Shown here: piece after piece, positions 63,708 through 64,000 of the stretch | Numbering within the stretch: the first letter of the stretch is position 1 | Layout: each line of letters starts with the position of its first letter | Source: Podarcis tiliguerta | Lineage: Eukaryota | DNA length: 64,000 nt | Assembly (NCBI GenBank): GCA_965153285.1 | Contig: OZ229116.1 | Strand: one strand, 5' to 3' | Made by a program: the position numbers and the translations under genes | The notes under the pieces: generated by a model | The model's database searches: none | What the model saw: only the letters and a program-made list of their open reading frames with translations | What the model was told of the DNA's origin: nothing

Positions 63708-64000
63708 TCCTTCTTAAAATCTTCACTGTATTATGGCAATGTGAATATCACATAATGCAAGGACTTGCTGCTGAAAGCTACTAACAAATAGGATCCTAGC
63801 CTGAAGAATGAAAGCTCCGTCCTGGTAAAAATCCTCTTTCAGCACCAATGTTACTGCAAGTAATGGTTTCCTAACCTTCGCTGACAAAAACTTAGAAACT
63901 GACAGAGATGATTTTGTGGAGGATTTTGTTACCTCAAGCCAAATTCCAATGTACCTTGGAGCACAAGACTGTCCCAAACAAAACCATGTGAGTTGTGTCA

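Noticed and set aside
1-64000. CRISPR arrays, operons or other prokaryotic systems
   Set aside because: The sequence is spliced vertebrate DNA; no regularly spaced repeat-spacer array is present

Overview
This is AT-rich vertebrate genomic DNA, almost certainly from a squamate and probably a lacertid lizard, judging by its Sauria SINE, BovB, Penelope, CR1 and L2 repeats. The whole window lies inside VPS13B (COH1) on the minus strand. Eleven coding exons, equivalent to human exons 25-34, have GT-AG boundaries and consistent phases. They include both mutually exclusive exons: the 67-nt 28b and the 142-nt 28. Intron 30 holds an intact antisense microRNA pair, mir-875 and mir-599. The most unusual structure is an 886-bp palindrome in intron 25 (57030-57915; two 438-bp arms, 10-nt loop) inserted into a (TA)n microsatellite. 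It is an inverted Penelope-like pLTR pair carrying a minimal hammerhead-ribozyme motif on each strand. The rest is transposon debris (Tc1/mariner and hAT MITEs, SINEs, LINE fragments, a solo LTR), microsatellites and two N gaps. Gene, miRNA and repeat-family identities come from recognising remembered sequences, not from database searches; exon numbering follows the human gene.
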